Shown here piece by piece: positions 17,713 to 27,800 of a stretch of 64,000 nucleotides of DNA. The notes beneath the pieces are model-generated. The model searched no databases. It was not told where the DNA came from and saw only the letters and a program-made list of their open reading frames with translations. The position numbers were made by a program, and so were the translations under genes. Positions within the stretch are counted from its first letter, which is position 1. Each line of letters starts with the position of its first letter. The stretch comes from Gammaproteobacteria bacterium (GTDB lineage Bacteria > Pseudomonadota > Gammaproteobacteria > Xanthomonadales > Marinicellaceae), in assembly GCA_041395445.1 (NCBI GenBank), contig JAWLAO010000009.1:6150-70149 (forward strand), read 5' to 3'.

Positions 17713-19680
17713 TTAATGCCCTATGTTTTCATCAAGAAACTTTAAGATTTTTTCATAAAGTTCGATACGATTTTCTATTTTATGAAAGCCATGACCTTCT
17801 TTCTTTTTATAAATTGTTTCATAAGGCTTACCAGCTTCTTTTAATTTTTTCTCCAAGAAGTATGCATTTTCAATTGGAACCCTAACATCATCATGACCAT
17901 GAACTAATAATAATTTGGCTTTAAGTTTATCAATATGATGTGCGGGGGATATTTTAGGCATTACATTTTCGTAATCATCTCCCATCATTTTTTTCATGTA
18001 GTACTCTTTCTGTTTAGTTCTACCTCCTTTAAAAGAATCCGCTTTTTTCCATTGTAATTCAACATCGTAGATACCCGCATCCGGTATCGAACATTTATAT
18101 AAATCCGGTTCTTTTACAACTGCTTGCATGGACGCATAACCACCGTAACTCACTCCATGAATACAAACTCTATCTTTATCAGCATAACCTTGATTGATTG
18201 CCCAATGAGTTACATCTGTTAAATCATCCTGCATTTTATAACCCCACTCTTGATCGCCGGCTTTCTCAAATGGCTCACCATACCCACCGGACCCACGATA
18301 ATCCAATTGAATCACCAGGTAACCTCTGTTTGCCAGCATTTGTGCTCTGTTATCCCATCCCCAATAATCTTTTGCTCCATAAGGGCCACCATGTGGATAA
18401 ATAACCAATGGTAGATTTTTTAATTCTTTCCCAGGTGGAATCGTCATTTGGCCATACATTTTTAAGCCATCTCTGGCATTCATAATGAATGGCTCTACAG
18501 AAGCCATATCTTTTGGCTTAATACTCGGTCTGGAGCTTGCTAAATATTTTGCACTATTTTTCTTCCTGTCAAAAATATAGAAATCTCCGGGATTTTTATC
18601 ACTATAAACATGAACTGATGCTAAATCCCTTTTTTTGTTATAATTATAAACAGTTACGTTTTCGTTTTTAAATGCTGCTCTTAGTGACTTATGGAATCCA
18701 ATTTCTTCATTTAACTTTTCATCTTTCAAATAAAAATAATTCCGATAGCCTGCATCATAATAAACTCCCAGCATTTCTCCTTCAGATCCGACAACAGAGC
18801 CAGCTATATCAACATCCGGATGTCTAAATAACTTATCAATCTTTTGAGTTTCAATGTTGAATGAAAATAATCCTAGTGTCCCGCCATCTTCTAAATCATG
18901 ATCAGATACAAAATATAATATTCCATTGTTTTTATGAATACCTATAAATGAGACAACTGGTACTTTTTTCTTTACTTTCGGCAATTCCAGATGATGCCAT
19001 TCTTGATTAAAGTCTTTATAGTGTAAATTGACTGTATCATCATCAAAATTGTTTCTGTCTTTTGGATCGTATTCAAATGCAATTCTTGGCTTTTCATTTA
19101 AGTCCACATCAATCGAATAAATAACAGAATCTCTACTCTCTCCAACCGGTTTCGGAGAATCATCAACATAAATTGTTTTTCCAGTGTAGACATTTAACTT
19201 AACTAAATTCCCTTCGCCTTTGTCTGTATAATGTCTTTTCAGCATCAATACATTTTTTGGATCATCTTCCAAAAGTGATACCATAGATAAACTTGCCATT
19301 TGATAGAGCCATAGATTAACCCTCTTTTTGCCATCTATATCTACTGCAAATAGAATTGGGTCTTTTCTGGCACCATCAAGCCAACCTGTTATATTTGATG
19401 CCAGAACTAATATTCTTTCATCATTAACCCACCAATATTGTGAGACTTCTCGCTCCTTGCCTACATCAAAGGTAAATACTCCTTTTTTGTTTTTTATATC
19501 CATGATTCCGAGCTTAATTTCAGTTTCATCTTCATAGGTGTATGCCAAATGTTTACCATTCGGCGATATTTTTATATTATTAATTTGTGATTTCTGGGCA
19601 AAGTCTTTTAGTGGAATTTCTTTTGCTTGAATTGATGTAAAAACAAAGAAAATCAGACTTAATATGATAATTTTTTTCAT
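17713..19680 (-). CDS. Exported S9 family serine peptidase (prolyl oligopeptidase/dipeptidyl peptidase type)
   Basis: Signal peptide MKKIIILSLIFFVFTSIQA, an N-terminal propeller-like region, and a catalytic triad read as GVSYGGY, HGHDDVRVP and EGHGF. Confidence 0.9.
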   Translation of the reverse strand: MKKIIILSLIFFVFTSIQAKEIPLKDFAQKSQINNIKISPNGKHLAYTYEDETEIKLGIMDIKNKKGVFTFDVGKEREVSQYWWVNDERILVLASNITGWLDGARKDPILFAVDIDGKKRVNLWLYQMASLSMVSLLEDDPKNVLMLKRHYTDKGEGNLVKLNVYTGKTIYVDDSPKPVGESRDSVIYSIDVDLNEKPRIAFEYDPKDRNNFDDDTVNLHYKDFNQEWHHLELPKVKKKVPVVSFIGIHKNNGILYFVSDHDLEDGGTLGLFSFNIETQKIDKLFRHPDVDIAGSVVGSEGEMLGVYYDAGYRNYFYLKDEKLNEEIGFHKSLRAAFKNENVTVYNYNKKRDLASVHVYSDKNPGDFYIFDRKKNSAKYLASSRPSIKPKDMASVEPFIMNARDGLKMYGQMTIPPGKELKNLPLVIYPHGGPYGAKDYWGWDNRAQMLANRGYLVIQLDYRGSGGYGEPFEKAGDQEWGYKMQDDLTDVTHWAINQGYADKDRVCIHGVSYGGYASMQAVVKEPDLYKCSIPDAGIYDVELQWKKADSFKGGRTKQKEYYMKKMMGDDYENVMPKISPAHHIDKLKAKLLLVHGHDDVRVPIENAYFLEKKLKEAGKPYETIYKKKEGHGFHKIENRIELYEKILKFLDENIGH

Positions 19681-19700
19681 AATTTTTTCCTTTTTTCGAT

Positions 19701-20642
19701 TTATTTAATAAAAGTGTATAAAACACCACTATTTTGGTTACTGTTGTAATATATATCTTTCTTTGTTTGAAGTTTGAGTCCTTTTTCTTCGAAAGCATGA
19801 TACCAATTTGGGTTGTTATTAATTCTTTGTGCGACTGATAACAAATCATTCATTCTCAACTCTGCGAATTGAAGTTGTGATACAAAACCAATAATTCTTT
19901 CTTTATTTGCAGTTAATTCAATTTCTGACATGTGATACAAATTATCCATGAGCATTAAAACAGAACGAAGTAATGGGGAGTTTAATTTTTGAAAATGTCG
20001 TACAATTTCTGGCTGAATTTTTTTAAGTTTATCTCTGAAATCAAAATAATCATTCTTTCCTGTATAAAATTTTCTAACTTGACTGAGCAACTCAGAGTTT
20101 GAGAGAATCAGATAGTCATTTCTTTCAACTTCCATTTGTTTAATGATGTCGGTCGAGCCACTATGAGAAATCATTGTGAACTCTCCTCTCTTTTTTAATA
20201 ATTGATAAACTTTATCAGCTGCAATTTTCCAATCACAGTATTCAATACCGTATTGGCTGGTTATTAAGTCAAAATTTGCCGAAGCTAATTCTAAATCTTC
20301 TAAATATGTGTTAGCTACAATTTCTATATTTTGTATATCCCTTTCGACAACAGGGAATCGTTCAATAATTTGCTTTTTATTTATATCTGCCGCATCAGTC
20401 GCAGTGACTTTGAAATTTTTATCAAAATTTCTGGAATATTGTGATGCTAGAATTGAAACGGCACAATTGCCGGCACATAAATCTAAGATTTTTGAATTAT
20501 TACTTAAAGTCTTAAATCTACTCTCCCAAGCATCTAAAATTTCGCCACTATAATTTTCCACAAAATCTTGTGGTAACGAGGTTAACTGACCACTTTTCCA
20601 GTATTCGCTCCAATGTTGTGACTTGTTATTACCATCGTCCAT
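19701..20642 (-). CDS. Class I SAM-dependent methyltransferase with a roughly 140-aa C-terminal extension
   Basis: Motif I ILDLCAGNC, an N-terminal HWSEYW segment, and an acidic post-I residue. The start overlaps the upstream stop by 14 nt. Confidence 0.75.
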   Translation of the reverse strand: MDDGNNKSQHWSEYWKSGQLTSLPQDFVENYSGEILDAWESRFKTLSNNSKILDLCAGNCAVSILASQYSRNFDKNFKVTATDAADINKKQIIERFPVVERDIQNIEIVANTYLEDLELASANFDLITSQYGIEYCDWKIAADKVYQLLKKRGEFTMISHSGSTDIIKQMEVERNDYLILSNSELLSQVRKFYTGKNDYFDFRDKLKKIQPEIVRHFQKLNSPLLRSVLMLMDNLYHMSEIELTANKERIIGFVSQLQFAELRMNDLLSVAQRINNNPNWYHAFEEKGLKLQTKKDIYYNSNQNSGVLYTFIK

Positions 20643-22179
20643 TTAGTTTACCTTTAATCATTGATTTCAGTTCCTTGAGTGAGTCGCCATATTTTTTATA
20701 ATGCTTAACTGCTTTTTTATAAATCGGTTGGGAAACTTGAGCAGCACTTGCTGTATTAATACTGCGTTTGGTTTTATAAAAATTCATGCAGTTAAGCTCA
20801 AATTCTAAATTTAGAAAGTCTAATAATTTTCTAATTTGTAAATCAGGGTTTTTCACAACCTTTTCATATTTCACAGTATGAATTTGCTTAGGAAAATATT
20901 TCTTCCAAATTTTTACCATTTTTTTTTCAAAGAAATGATAATCAACTAATTCTTTCAAGTTAAAGCTATATTCGTTTCCTTGTGCAAAGTTCTGTTTGAA
21001 AGTACTTAGACAAACATCCATCGAGTTTCTCTTTGTGTGAATGAAACGAGCATTCGGATTTGTCATTAAAATAAAGCCCAAATATATAAAATTTGCATGG
21101 TATTTATCTGTAAATATATTTGTTTCTTTATGATATTTACTAGTATTTATTAAGTAATTCTCACCAAGCTGCATCAATTGTTTATTATTTAAATTCGTAA
21201 GCCCATGAGGAAATCCCCCCTTAAGGTCTTGCATTATATTTTTCAAAGCTAGCAGTTCACTTGCCCCTGTTACTTTTGAATGTGTTGCAACTATTTGTTC
21301 AACCAAAGTGGAGCCTGATCTTGGCATTCCAGCAATGAATATGGGAATATTTTCATTATCACTTATTTGAGCTTGATTGAAATCATCGTATTTGTTTTGA
21401 AATATTTTTTTAATTTCATTGTATAATTTTTTCCAATCAGTTGGTGCACGGTTAAAGCTTATAAATTTAATTTCATTGGCTTTAGTTAGGATATCGAATG
21501 ACTTTTTATACTTTTTATTATCTTCTAAATATTTTGCTTTTGCAAAAAGAAGAGTTTGGATATCCCTATGATAAGTTACTTTTTCAAGCATTTGCTCAAT
21601 AAAAAGTATCTCGTCATTTTTAAATTTGTATGTTTTTAAATCAGCAAGCATCCAGTAAACTTGCGGTTGGTACGGGTTGATAGCTAATGCCTTATGAATT
21701 TGTTCAACTGCTTGTTCCGTTTTTCCATTATTTTTTAACAATAATGCATAATTTAATAAACAATCAATATACTGAGGTTGGAGCTCTAGTGTTTTTAAAA
21801 AATGGACTTCAGCTTTTTCAAAATTATTTTGTGCCTTAAATAAATTTGCCATCAAATAATGAGCTTCCACCGAGTCAGGAGATATTTCTAAAACTCGAGA
21901 TACAAGCTTAATACCTGTTATATAATCAGCTTTAATTTGTTTAATGAAAGCTAAGTTCAGAAGAGTTTGCTCATGGTTTTTATCGAGTACTAATGCTTGT
22001 TTAAAACTCTTTTCTGATTGTAATAACTTCTTTTCATGTAGAAAAATAATTCCTATTAAACGATAAAGCTCAGGATCTTTTTTATTTTTTTTTATTAAAG
22101 ATTTAAGAAGTTTATGAGCACTTGAGTATTGTTGTTGCTGAAGAAGTAAGTCGATGTCCTGTTGTAATTGACCATTCAT
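20629..22179 (-). CDS. TPR-repeat sulfotransferase
   Basis: About 270 aa of TPR repeats, followed by a sulfotransferase domain with the PAPS-binding loop IAGMPRSGSTLVEQ. Confidence 0.85.
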   Translation of the reverse strand: MNGQLQQDIDLLLQQQQYSSAHKLLKSLIKKNKKDPELYRLIGIIFLHEKKLLQSEKSFKQALVLDKNHEQTLLNLAFIKQIKADYITGIKLVSRVLEISPDSVEAHYLMANLFKAQNNFEKAEVHFLKTLELQPQYIDCLLNYALLLKNNGKTEQAVEQIHKALAINPYQPQVYWMLADLKTYKFKNDEILFIEQMLEKVTYHRDIQTLLFAKAKYLEDNKKYKKSFDILTKANEIKFISFNRAPTDWKKLYNEIKKIFQNKYDDFNQAQISDNENIPIFIAGMPRSGSTLVEQIVATHSKVTGASELLALKNIMQDLKGGFPHGLTNLNNKQLMQLGENYLINTSKYHKETNIFTDKYHANFIYLGFILMTNPNARFIHTKRNSMDVCLSTFKQNFAQGNEYSFNLKELVDYHFFEKKMVKIWKKYFPKQIHTVKYEKVVKNPDLQIRKLLDFLNLEFELNCMNFYKTKRSINTASAAQVSQPIYKKAVKHYKKYGDSLKELKSMIKGKLNGRW

Positions 22180-22268
22180 AAAAACTATAATATTTTTAAA
22201 TATGTAATTTTATGAATTATAGTCTATTTAATCATTGAAGAAAACTTGAAATAAAAATCCGACAGAAT

Positions 22269-22298
22269 AAAAAAGGGCATAACGAGTATGCCCTTTTT
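22269..22298. terminator. Bidirectional rho-independent terminator after the TonB receptor gene
   Basis: AAAAAA-GGGCATA-ACGAG-TATGCCC-TTTTT. It reads as a hairpin plus U-tract on both strands. Confidence 0.8.
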
Positions 22299-22319
22299 AC
22301 CCAGTTACTTAACTTTCAA

Positions 22320-24950
22320 TTAGAAAGTTTGAGTATATCTGAAGTAAGTCACACGACCAAAACCATCATATAAATAATAGTCATAATCACGATCACCAAT
22401 CGCACCTAAACCGATAGGAGGATATTTTTCAAATAGATTTCTTGCACCTACTGTAAACTTACCATCCCAAGGAGCGTTGTAGTTGAACTGTAGATCATGA
22501 GTTGTCCAAGAAGGAGCCGCATCATAAGTACTATCAGCTGTTTGAGAATCAATATAATTGATATTCCAAGCTACGTTCCAATCTCCATACGAATAAGTAT
22601 TATTCAATATAGCACGGTGAGAAGGAAGACCTGCTTCACCAGCTGTATCGCGACCACCATCAACAGAAGAGTCTAATACATGTGAAATTTGGAAATTATT
22701 AGAAACCTGACCACCTAAGAACTCATAATTGAACCTTACATTCAAATCAAGACCAGATGTTTCAACAACACCTTGGTTACCGAAACCTCTAACAATTCCA
22801 GTAATACGACCTGTAGTTGAGTTACGATTTACAGACAATCCAGGAGGCAATTCCAAACCTTCATTCCCTAGATAGATTAAGTATGCAGAAGTGAATGAAC
22901 GAATTCTATTGTCAATTTCGATATTATAATAATCCAAAGTCATGTTCATCCAATCAACAGGCTCATAAGCAAGTCCTAAAGAGTATTGCTTAGAAGTTTC
23001 TGCTGACAAGTTTGGATTAGCTGTAACTGTTGCATCAACTTGTACACGACAACCTGCTGCCTGACCTAAAGCCAAACAAGTAGGATCATCTTGAATAGTG
23101 TCTGCTGAGAAAGAATCTTTCTGAGTTAAGATATCCAAAGTTGGAGCTCTGAAACCTTCACCATAAGAAGCACGTAAAGTCAGATTATCCAATGGTTGAT
23201 AACGGAAAGAAACTTTTGGTGAAAACTCACTACCAAAATCAGAATAATCGTCATAACGACCAGCTAAAGACATTTCCAAATTAGGTAGGAATGGAACCAA
23301 TGCTTCGAAGTAAATCGAATCTACGTCGCGATTACCCGCTGCTGAGTTACCAGCCGAACCACCGATTTGGCCAGCTTCTGACAATGAATCATATTGATCC
23401 GAGTATTTGATTTTTTGTGTTTCAGCACCGACATATACAGATACTGGACCATTTTCCATTTCAAACATATCAAATGCAACAGAACCAAACATCTCATCCA
23501 AGTCATATTTACTGATTCTTGAAATAACAACTTTCATACTGTTCAGAGTTGTTGGCGAGTTACCATACGGATTCCATAGGTCATAAGCACCAGACTCAAT
23601 TGCTGCACGAGCAGCTGAACGTAACAAGTAGTTGTTACCAATGTCAAAAGTTCTGTTGTTAGAACGTGTTACACCAAATTCAACTTCAGCATTACCAATA
23701 TTACCAGTTGTACCCAATTGGAATCTTGTCAGTCTGTTAGTTACAGTACTGTCACGATTTCCAAGTGCGTCATAACGGTGATAAACCGCAATCGGCTGAT
23801 TCACTACCGGTTGACCATATAAATTAGTCAAGTTAGGATTATAATATGGTGAACTTGGATTGGTTGGATTGTTTGGGCTACTTGCAGATACATACGCATA
23901 ATCAGGAACCGGAGCATAACGTCCGAAAGATTCTGTTTCTGCAACAGAAACATTCATCCAAACCTGCCAGTCATCATTCACGTCATAAGAACCTTTCGCA
24001 TAGAAAGACTGGTTATCAGTTGACGCATCATCAGCAGATACCGAAGCAAAATTAAAACCACAGAAAGGCAAACCTTGCGAGGTAGTTACTGGAGTGAAAG
24101 CCGTACCCGGGAAGTTACAAGCACCAGGCAATGACTGCAAAAGTATATCATATTCATAAGCACCTGTATCAGGATTAACTGTATTTCCTGTAACAAACCA
24201 ACTTTCCATGTTATTGCCATATGTCGAAAGACCTGGCGAATACCATGGATAATCACGTGCAAAAACAATTTCACGACTATTCCATGAAACACCTGCTAAT
24301 AAACGTGAACGGTCACCTGAAGCACCAAATACGATAGAACCTTCTTCTCTGTCACCGCCATGAGCAGGAATAGAAGCTTCAGCTCCACCAATCATCATTT
24401 CAACACCTTGGAAATCAGTACGTAAAATTACGTTGATTACACCACCGATTGCATCTGAACCGTAAATCGCAGAAGCACCATCAGAAAGAACTTCAATTCT
24501 TTCAATCGCACCAGCTGGAATTGTGTTCAAATCTTGGTTGCTACCAGTAGATGGCGAAGCAGGTAGTCTACGACCATCAATCAGCACCAATGTTCTTGAA
24601 GAACCCAAGCCACGCAAACTAACAGCAGACACACCTTGAGCAGAGCTACCAGATTGTGGACGGAATGAACCCGCACTGTTGAATGTTAAGCTACGAATGA
24701 AGTCAGCAGCAGAAGATTCACCGCTTAATTCAATTTCTTCACGTGTAATTGTAGTTACAGGTAACGCTTGTGCAACGTCAGAACGTTTAATACGTGAACC
24801 AGTAACAACTTGTTTATCAAGTTTTTCTTTATCTGCACCCTCGTCTTCATCTTGTGCGAAAGCTACACCACCAAGTGCAACTGAAGCAACCAGACCAGAA
24901 TACAAAGCAGTTTTAATTGCGCTAGCAATAGGATTACGCTTTATTTTCAT
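22320..24950 (-). CDS. TonB-dependent receptor
   Basis: I prefer the start at 24950 (GGAGAAACAAATG) over the ORF-track start 24974. Signal peptide, TonB-box-like VVTGSRIK, a plug, and a barrel ending FRYTQTF. Confidence 0.9.
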   Translation of the reverse strand: MKIKRNPIASAIKTALYSGLVASVALGGVAFAQDEDEGADKEKLDKQVVTGSRIKRSDVAQALPVTTITREEIELSGESSAADFIRSLTFNSAGSFRPQSGSSAQGVSAVSLRGLGSSRTLVLIDGRRLPASPSTGSNQDLNTIPAGAIERIEVLSDGASAIYGSDAIGGVINVILRTDFQGVEMMIGGAEASIPAHGGDREEGSIVFGASGDRSRLLAGVSWNSREIVFARDYPWYSPGLSTYGNNMESWFVTGNTVNPDTGAYEYDILLQSLPGACNFPGTAFTPVTTSQGLPFCGFNFASVSADDASTDNQSFYAKGSYDVNDDWQVWMNVSVAETESFGRYAPVPDYAYVSASSPNNPTNPSSPYYNPNLTNLYGQPVVNQPIAVYHRYDALGNRDSTVTNRLTRFQLGTTGNIGNAEVEFGVTRSNNRTFDIGNNYLLRSAARAAIESGAYDLWNPYGNSPTTLNSMKVVISRISKYDLDEMFGSVAFDMFEMENGPVSVYVGAETQKIKYSDQYDSLSEAGQIGGSAGNSAAGNRDVDSIYFEALVPFLPNLEMSLAGRYDDYSDFGSEFSPKVSFRYQPLDNLTLRASYGEGFRAPTLDILTQKDSFSADTIQDDPTCLALGQAAGCRVQVDATVTANPNLSAETSKQYSLGLAYEPVDWMNMTLDYYNIEIDNRIRSFTSAYLIYLGNEGLELPPGLSVNRNSTTGRITGIVRGFGNQGVVETSGLDLNVRFNYEFLGGQVSNNFQISHVLDSSVDGGRDTAGEAGLPSHRAILNNTYSYGDWNVAWNINYIDSQTADSTYDAAPSWTTHDLQFNYNAPWDGKFTVGARNLFEKYPPIGLGAIGDRDYDYYLYDGFGRVTYFRYTQTF

Positions 24951-25148
24951 TTGTTTCTCCAAATATTTATCCATGAGTCTCCTCTAAAAAAGTTATTATC
25001 GTGTTAGAAATCCTCTCTTCCGACGGAATATTAACATTTAAATAATACAAAAAAAAGAGTGAGATGCGTTTTTTTTATCTTTTATTAACAAATTTTTTAC
25101 AAAAATACACATTCAATAACAATCACCTGAAATGATTGATTAAAGTAG

Positions 25149-26906
25149 TTATTTTTGCTCATTTAACATTTTTTTAATATTTGACAACTGGTCGTAAAGC
25201 TCTTTTGGAACACGTGAACCAAATTCGTCAAGATATTCCTGAATACTTTCAACTTCTGTCAGCCACGCATCATTATCAACCTCTAATAATTTCTCCAGGC
25301 TTTCTACTGAGAAGTCCAAATTTTCAAGGTTTAAGTCTTTTGTCAGTGGCATATCTCCAATCGGAGACGATTTACTTTCGAGTTTTCCTGAAACACGGTT
25401 AACTATCCACTCTAAAACTCGCATATTTTCACCGAATCCAGGCCACATGAATTTCCCGTTTTCGTCTTTTCTGAACCAGTTAACAGTAAAAACTTCCGGT
25501 AAATTTTGCGCTCTTTCTTCAAAAGACAACCAATGTGACCAATAATCCGCAAAATGATAACCACAAAATGGTTTCATTGCCATTGGGTCTCTGCGTACCA
25601 CACCAACCGCCCCTGTTGCAGCAGCTGTCGTTTCCGAAGCTACAGTTGCACCCATCAACACGCCATGCGCCCAATTACGAGCCTGCGTAACCAAAGGAAC
25701 AAGTCCCGCTCTTCTCCCACCAAATACGATAGCAGAAATTGGTACACCTTCGGCTGCTTCGGCTTTTTCGGAATAACTCGGGCAAGTCTTTGATGAAACG
25801 GTAAATCTTGAGTTAGGATGAGCCGCCGGGCCATTTTCAGGATTAAATTTATTACCTTTCCAGTCATAAACAGGAACTCTGTCATTCAGGCCTTCCCACC
25901 AAGGTTGATTGTCTTCAGTTTCTGCAACATTGGTGAAAATTGCATCCTTATAAAGCATTGCCAAAGCATTAGGGTTGGTTTCATTTGAAGTTCCCGGAGC
26001 GACTCCGAAAAAACCGGCCTCAGGATTAATCGCCCAAAGCCTTCCATCTTCTCCCGGGCGCATCCAGCAAATATCATCTCCTATTGTCGTAATTTTCCAA
26101 CCTTCCTGGACATAGCCTTCAGGCGGAATCAACATTGCCAAGTTAGTTTTTCCACAAGCCGATGGAAAAGCGGCTGCAATATAATGAATCTCACCTTGTG
26201 GATTCTCCAACCCAAGAATCAACATGTGCTCAGCGAGCCAACCTTCGGTTTTTGCTTGATAGGAGCCAATTCGTAATGCATGGCATTTTTTACCAAGCAA
26301 AGCATTTCCGCCATATCCCGAACCAAAACTCTTAATTGTTAGCTCTTCAGGGAAATGCATAATGTATCTTCTTTCCGGATTTAATTCACCAATCGAATGC
26401 AAGCCTTTAACGAAATGGCCTTCTTTTTCAATACGTTGTAGTGCCGGCGCACCCATACGCGTCATGAGTCGCATATTTTGCACAACATACGGACTATCAG
26501 TGATTTCAACACCACATCTTGAAATTGGCGAATCAATCGGCCCCATACAATAAGGAATAACATACATGGTACGACCTTTCATACAACCGCTAAACAGGTC
26601 GTCCATTTTCTCATGCGCATCTTTAGGGTCCATCCAATGATTGTTTGGACCGGCATCTTCTTCATTTTCAGTACATATAAATGTCAGGTGTTCCACGCGC
26701 GCTACATCTTGTGGATCTGATAAATGAAGGAAACAACCCGGATGCGTTTCTTCATTCAGTTTTTTATAATCGCCGGTGGATAATAAAAGTTCATCCAGTT
26801 GTTGTTTTTCTTCTTCAGAACCATTACACCAAACCACTTTTTCTGGTTTTGTAAGTTCTGCAATATGATTGACCCAATTCTCTAGTTCTAATAATTTTGT
26901 TGACAT
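25149..26906 (-). CDS. pckG: Phosphoenolpyruvate carboxykinase (GTP-dependent)
   Basis: 585 aa with the P-loop FPSACGKTN. N-terminal and overall motifs of GTP-PEPCK (YGGNALLGKKC, NWFRKDENGKFMWPGFGEN). Confidence 0.95.
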   Translation of the reverse strand: MSTKLLELENWVNHIAELTKPEKVVWCNGSEEEKQQLDELLLSTGDYKKLNEETHPGCFLHLSDPQDVARVEHLTFICTENEEDAGPNNHWMDPKDAHEKMDDLFSGCMKGRTMYVIPYCMGPIDSPISRCGVEITDSPYVVQNMRLMTRMGAPALQRIEKEGHFVKGLHSIGELNPERRYIMHFPEELTIKSFGSGYGGNALLGKKCHALRIGSYQAKTEGWLAEHMLILGLENPQGEIHYIAAAFPSACGKTNLAMLIPPEGYVQEGWKITTIGDDICWMRPGEDGRLWAINPEAGFFGVAPGTSNETNPNALAMLYKDAIFTNVAETEDNQPWWEGLNDRVPVYDWKGNKFNPENGPAAHPNSRFTVSSKTCPSYSEKAEAAEGVPISAIVFGGRRAGLVPLVTQARNWAHGVLMGATVASETTAAATGAVGVVRRDPMAMKPFCGYHFADYWSHWLSFEERAQNLPEVFTVNWFRKDENGKFMWPGFGENMRVLEWIVNRVSGKLESKSSPIGDMPLTKDLNLENLDFSVESLEKLLEVDNDAWLTEVESIQEYLDEFGSRVPKELYDQLSNIKKMLNEQK

Positions 26907-26926
26907 AATACTGTTGTTTTTGAAAC

Positions 26927-27799
26927 TTATTTAATTCTTGACAAGATACCTTCGAGTTCATCAACCGAGTGATAGCTGATGACTAATTTACCTTTACCTT
27001 GTTTACTGTGTTGAATACTGACTTGTGAACATAGTTTTTCTGAAAGATCATGTTCCAGCTTCCGGATATCGGAATCTTTTTGTGATTGTGTTTTCTGTAC
27101 TTTTTCAGCACCATAATTTTTAACAAACTGCTCTGCTGCACGAACCGTCATTGATTTATTAATCATTTCCATGGCTGCTTTAAGCTGTAAACTTTTATCC
27201 AGTGCAAGCAGAGTCCGAGCGTGCCCCATTTCCAATTGTCCATCATCCAGCAGCTTTTTAACATCTTTATGCAAATCAAGTAATCGCAATAAATTACTCA
27301 CGGCAACTCGTGAACGCCCGACAGCTTCTGCGGCTTGTTGATGCGTTAAATCAAATTCTTCGATGAGCCTTTGTAAAGCCAATGCCTCTTCCAACGGATT
27401 AAGATCTTCTCGTTGAATATTTTCAATCAACGCCATTGCAATTGTTTGCCTGTCATCAGCTTGTTTGATAACAACAGGAACCTTGCTTAGCTCAGCAATT
27501 TGTGCAGCACGCCAGCGACGTTCGCCGGCGATGATTTCATATTTATTTTTTCCGATGCTTCTAACGATAACCGGCTGAACCATGCCTTGAGCCTTAATTG
27601 AATCAGCCAACTCTTCCAACTTTTGAGCATCCATCTTGGTACGAGGCTGATATTTTCCCGGCTGAATCAGCTCGATTTCCAATTCTGTGAGAATGTTGTC
27701 GTTATCAGATTGAGTAACTGACGAATCCCCTTTGGTATTTGTTTTTGAGCCAAGAAGTGCGTCAAGCCCTCTTCCCAGTCCTCTTTTCTTTGTTGCCAT
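26927..27799 (-). CDS. parB: Chromosome partitioning protein ParB
   Basis: GLGRGLDALL, IIAGERRWRAA and an HTH region. Confidence 0.95.
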   Translation of the reverse strand: MATKKRGLGRGLDALLGSKTNTKGDSSVTQSDNDNILTELEIELIQPGKYQPRTKMDAQKLEELADSIKAQGMVQPVIVRSIGKNKYEIIAGERRWRAAQIAELSKVPVVIKQADDRQTIAMALIENIQREDLNPLEEALALQRLIEEFDLTHQQAAEAVGRSRVAVSNLLRLLDLHKDVKKLLDDGQLEMGHARTLLALDKSLQLKAAMEMINKSMTVRAAEQFVKNYGAEKVQKTQSQKDSDIRKLEHDLSEKLCSQVSIQHSKQGKGKLVISYHSVDELEGILSRIK

Positions 27800-27800
27800 G

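Noticed and set aside
18392-18400. Perfect DnaA-box 9-mer TGTGGATAA, plus an 8/9 box at 1216-1224
   Set aside because: These are isolated single occurrences inside coding regions. There is no clustering or AT-rich unwinding element, so they give no evidence for an origin.
19580-19849. 89-aa minus-strand ORF spanning the methyltransferase/S9 peptidase junction. I considered it as a possible hidden precursor peptide.
   Set aside because: It overlaps both flanking coding regions out of frame and covers the peptidase signal-peptide region. It has no RBS, and its K/I-rich composition looks like AT-rich noise.
22180-22319. Search for a short RiPP precursor ORF in the spacer upstream of the sulfotransferase operon. 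I also searched 14645-14709, 15109-15177 and 24951-25148.
   Set aside because: Only trivial ORFs of a few codons are present on the minus strand (for example ATGATTAAATAG). No credible leader/core peptide gene was found by eye.
25204-25221. TTGGAACACGTGAACCAA inside pckG, noticed as parS-like
   Set aside because: The half-sites are in the wrong relative orientation (GGAAC-ACGT-GAACC rather than GTTCC-ACGT-GGAAC), and the sequence is not a true palindrome.
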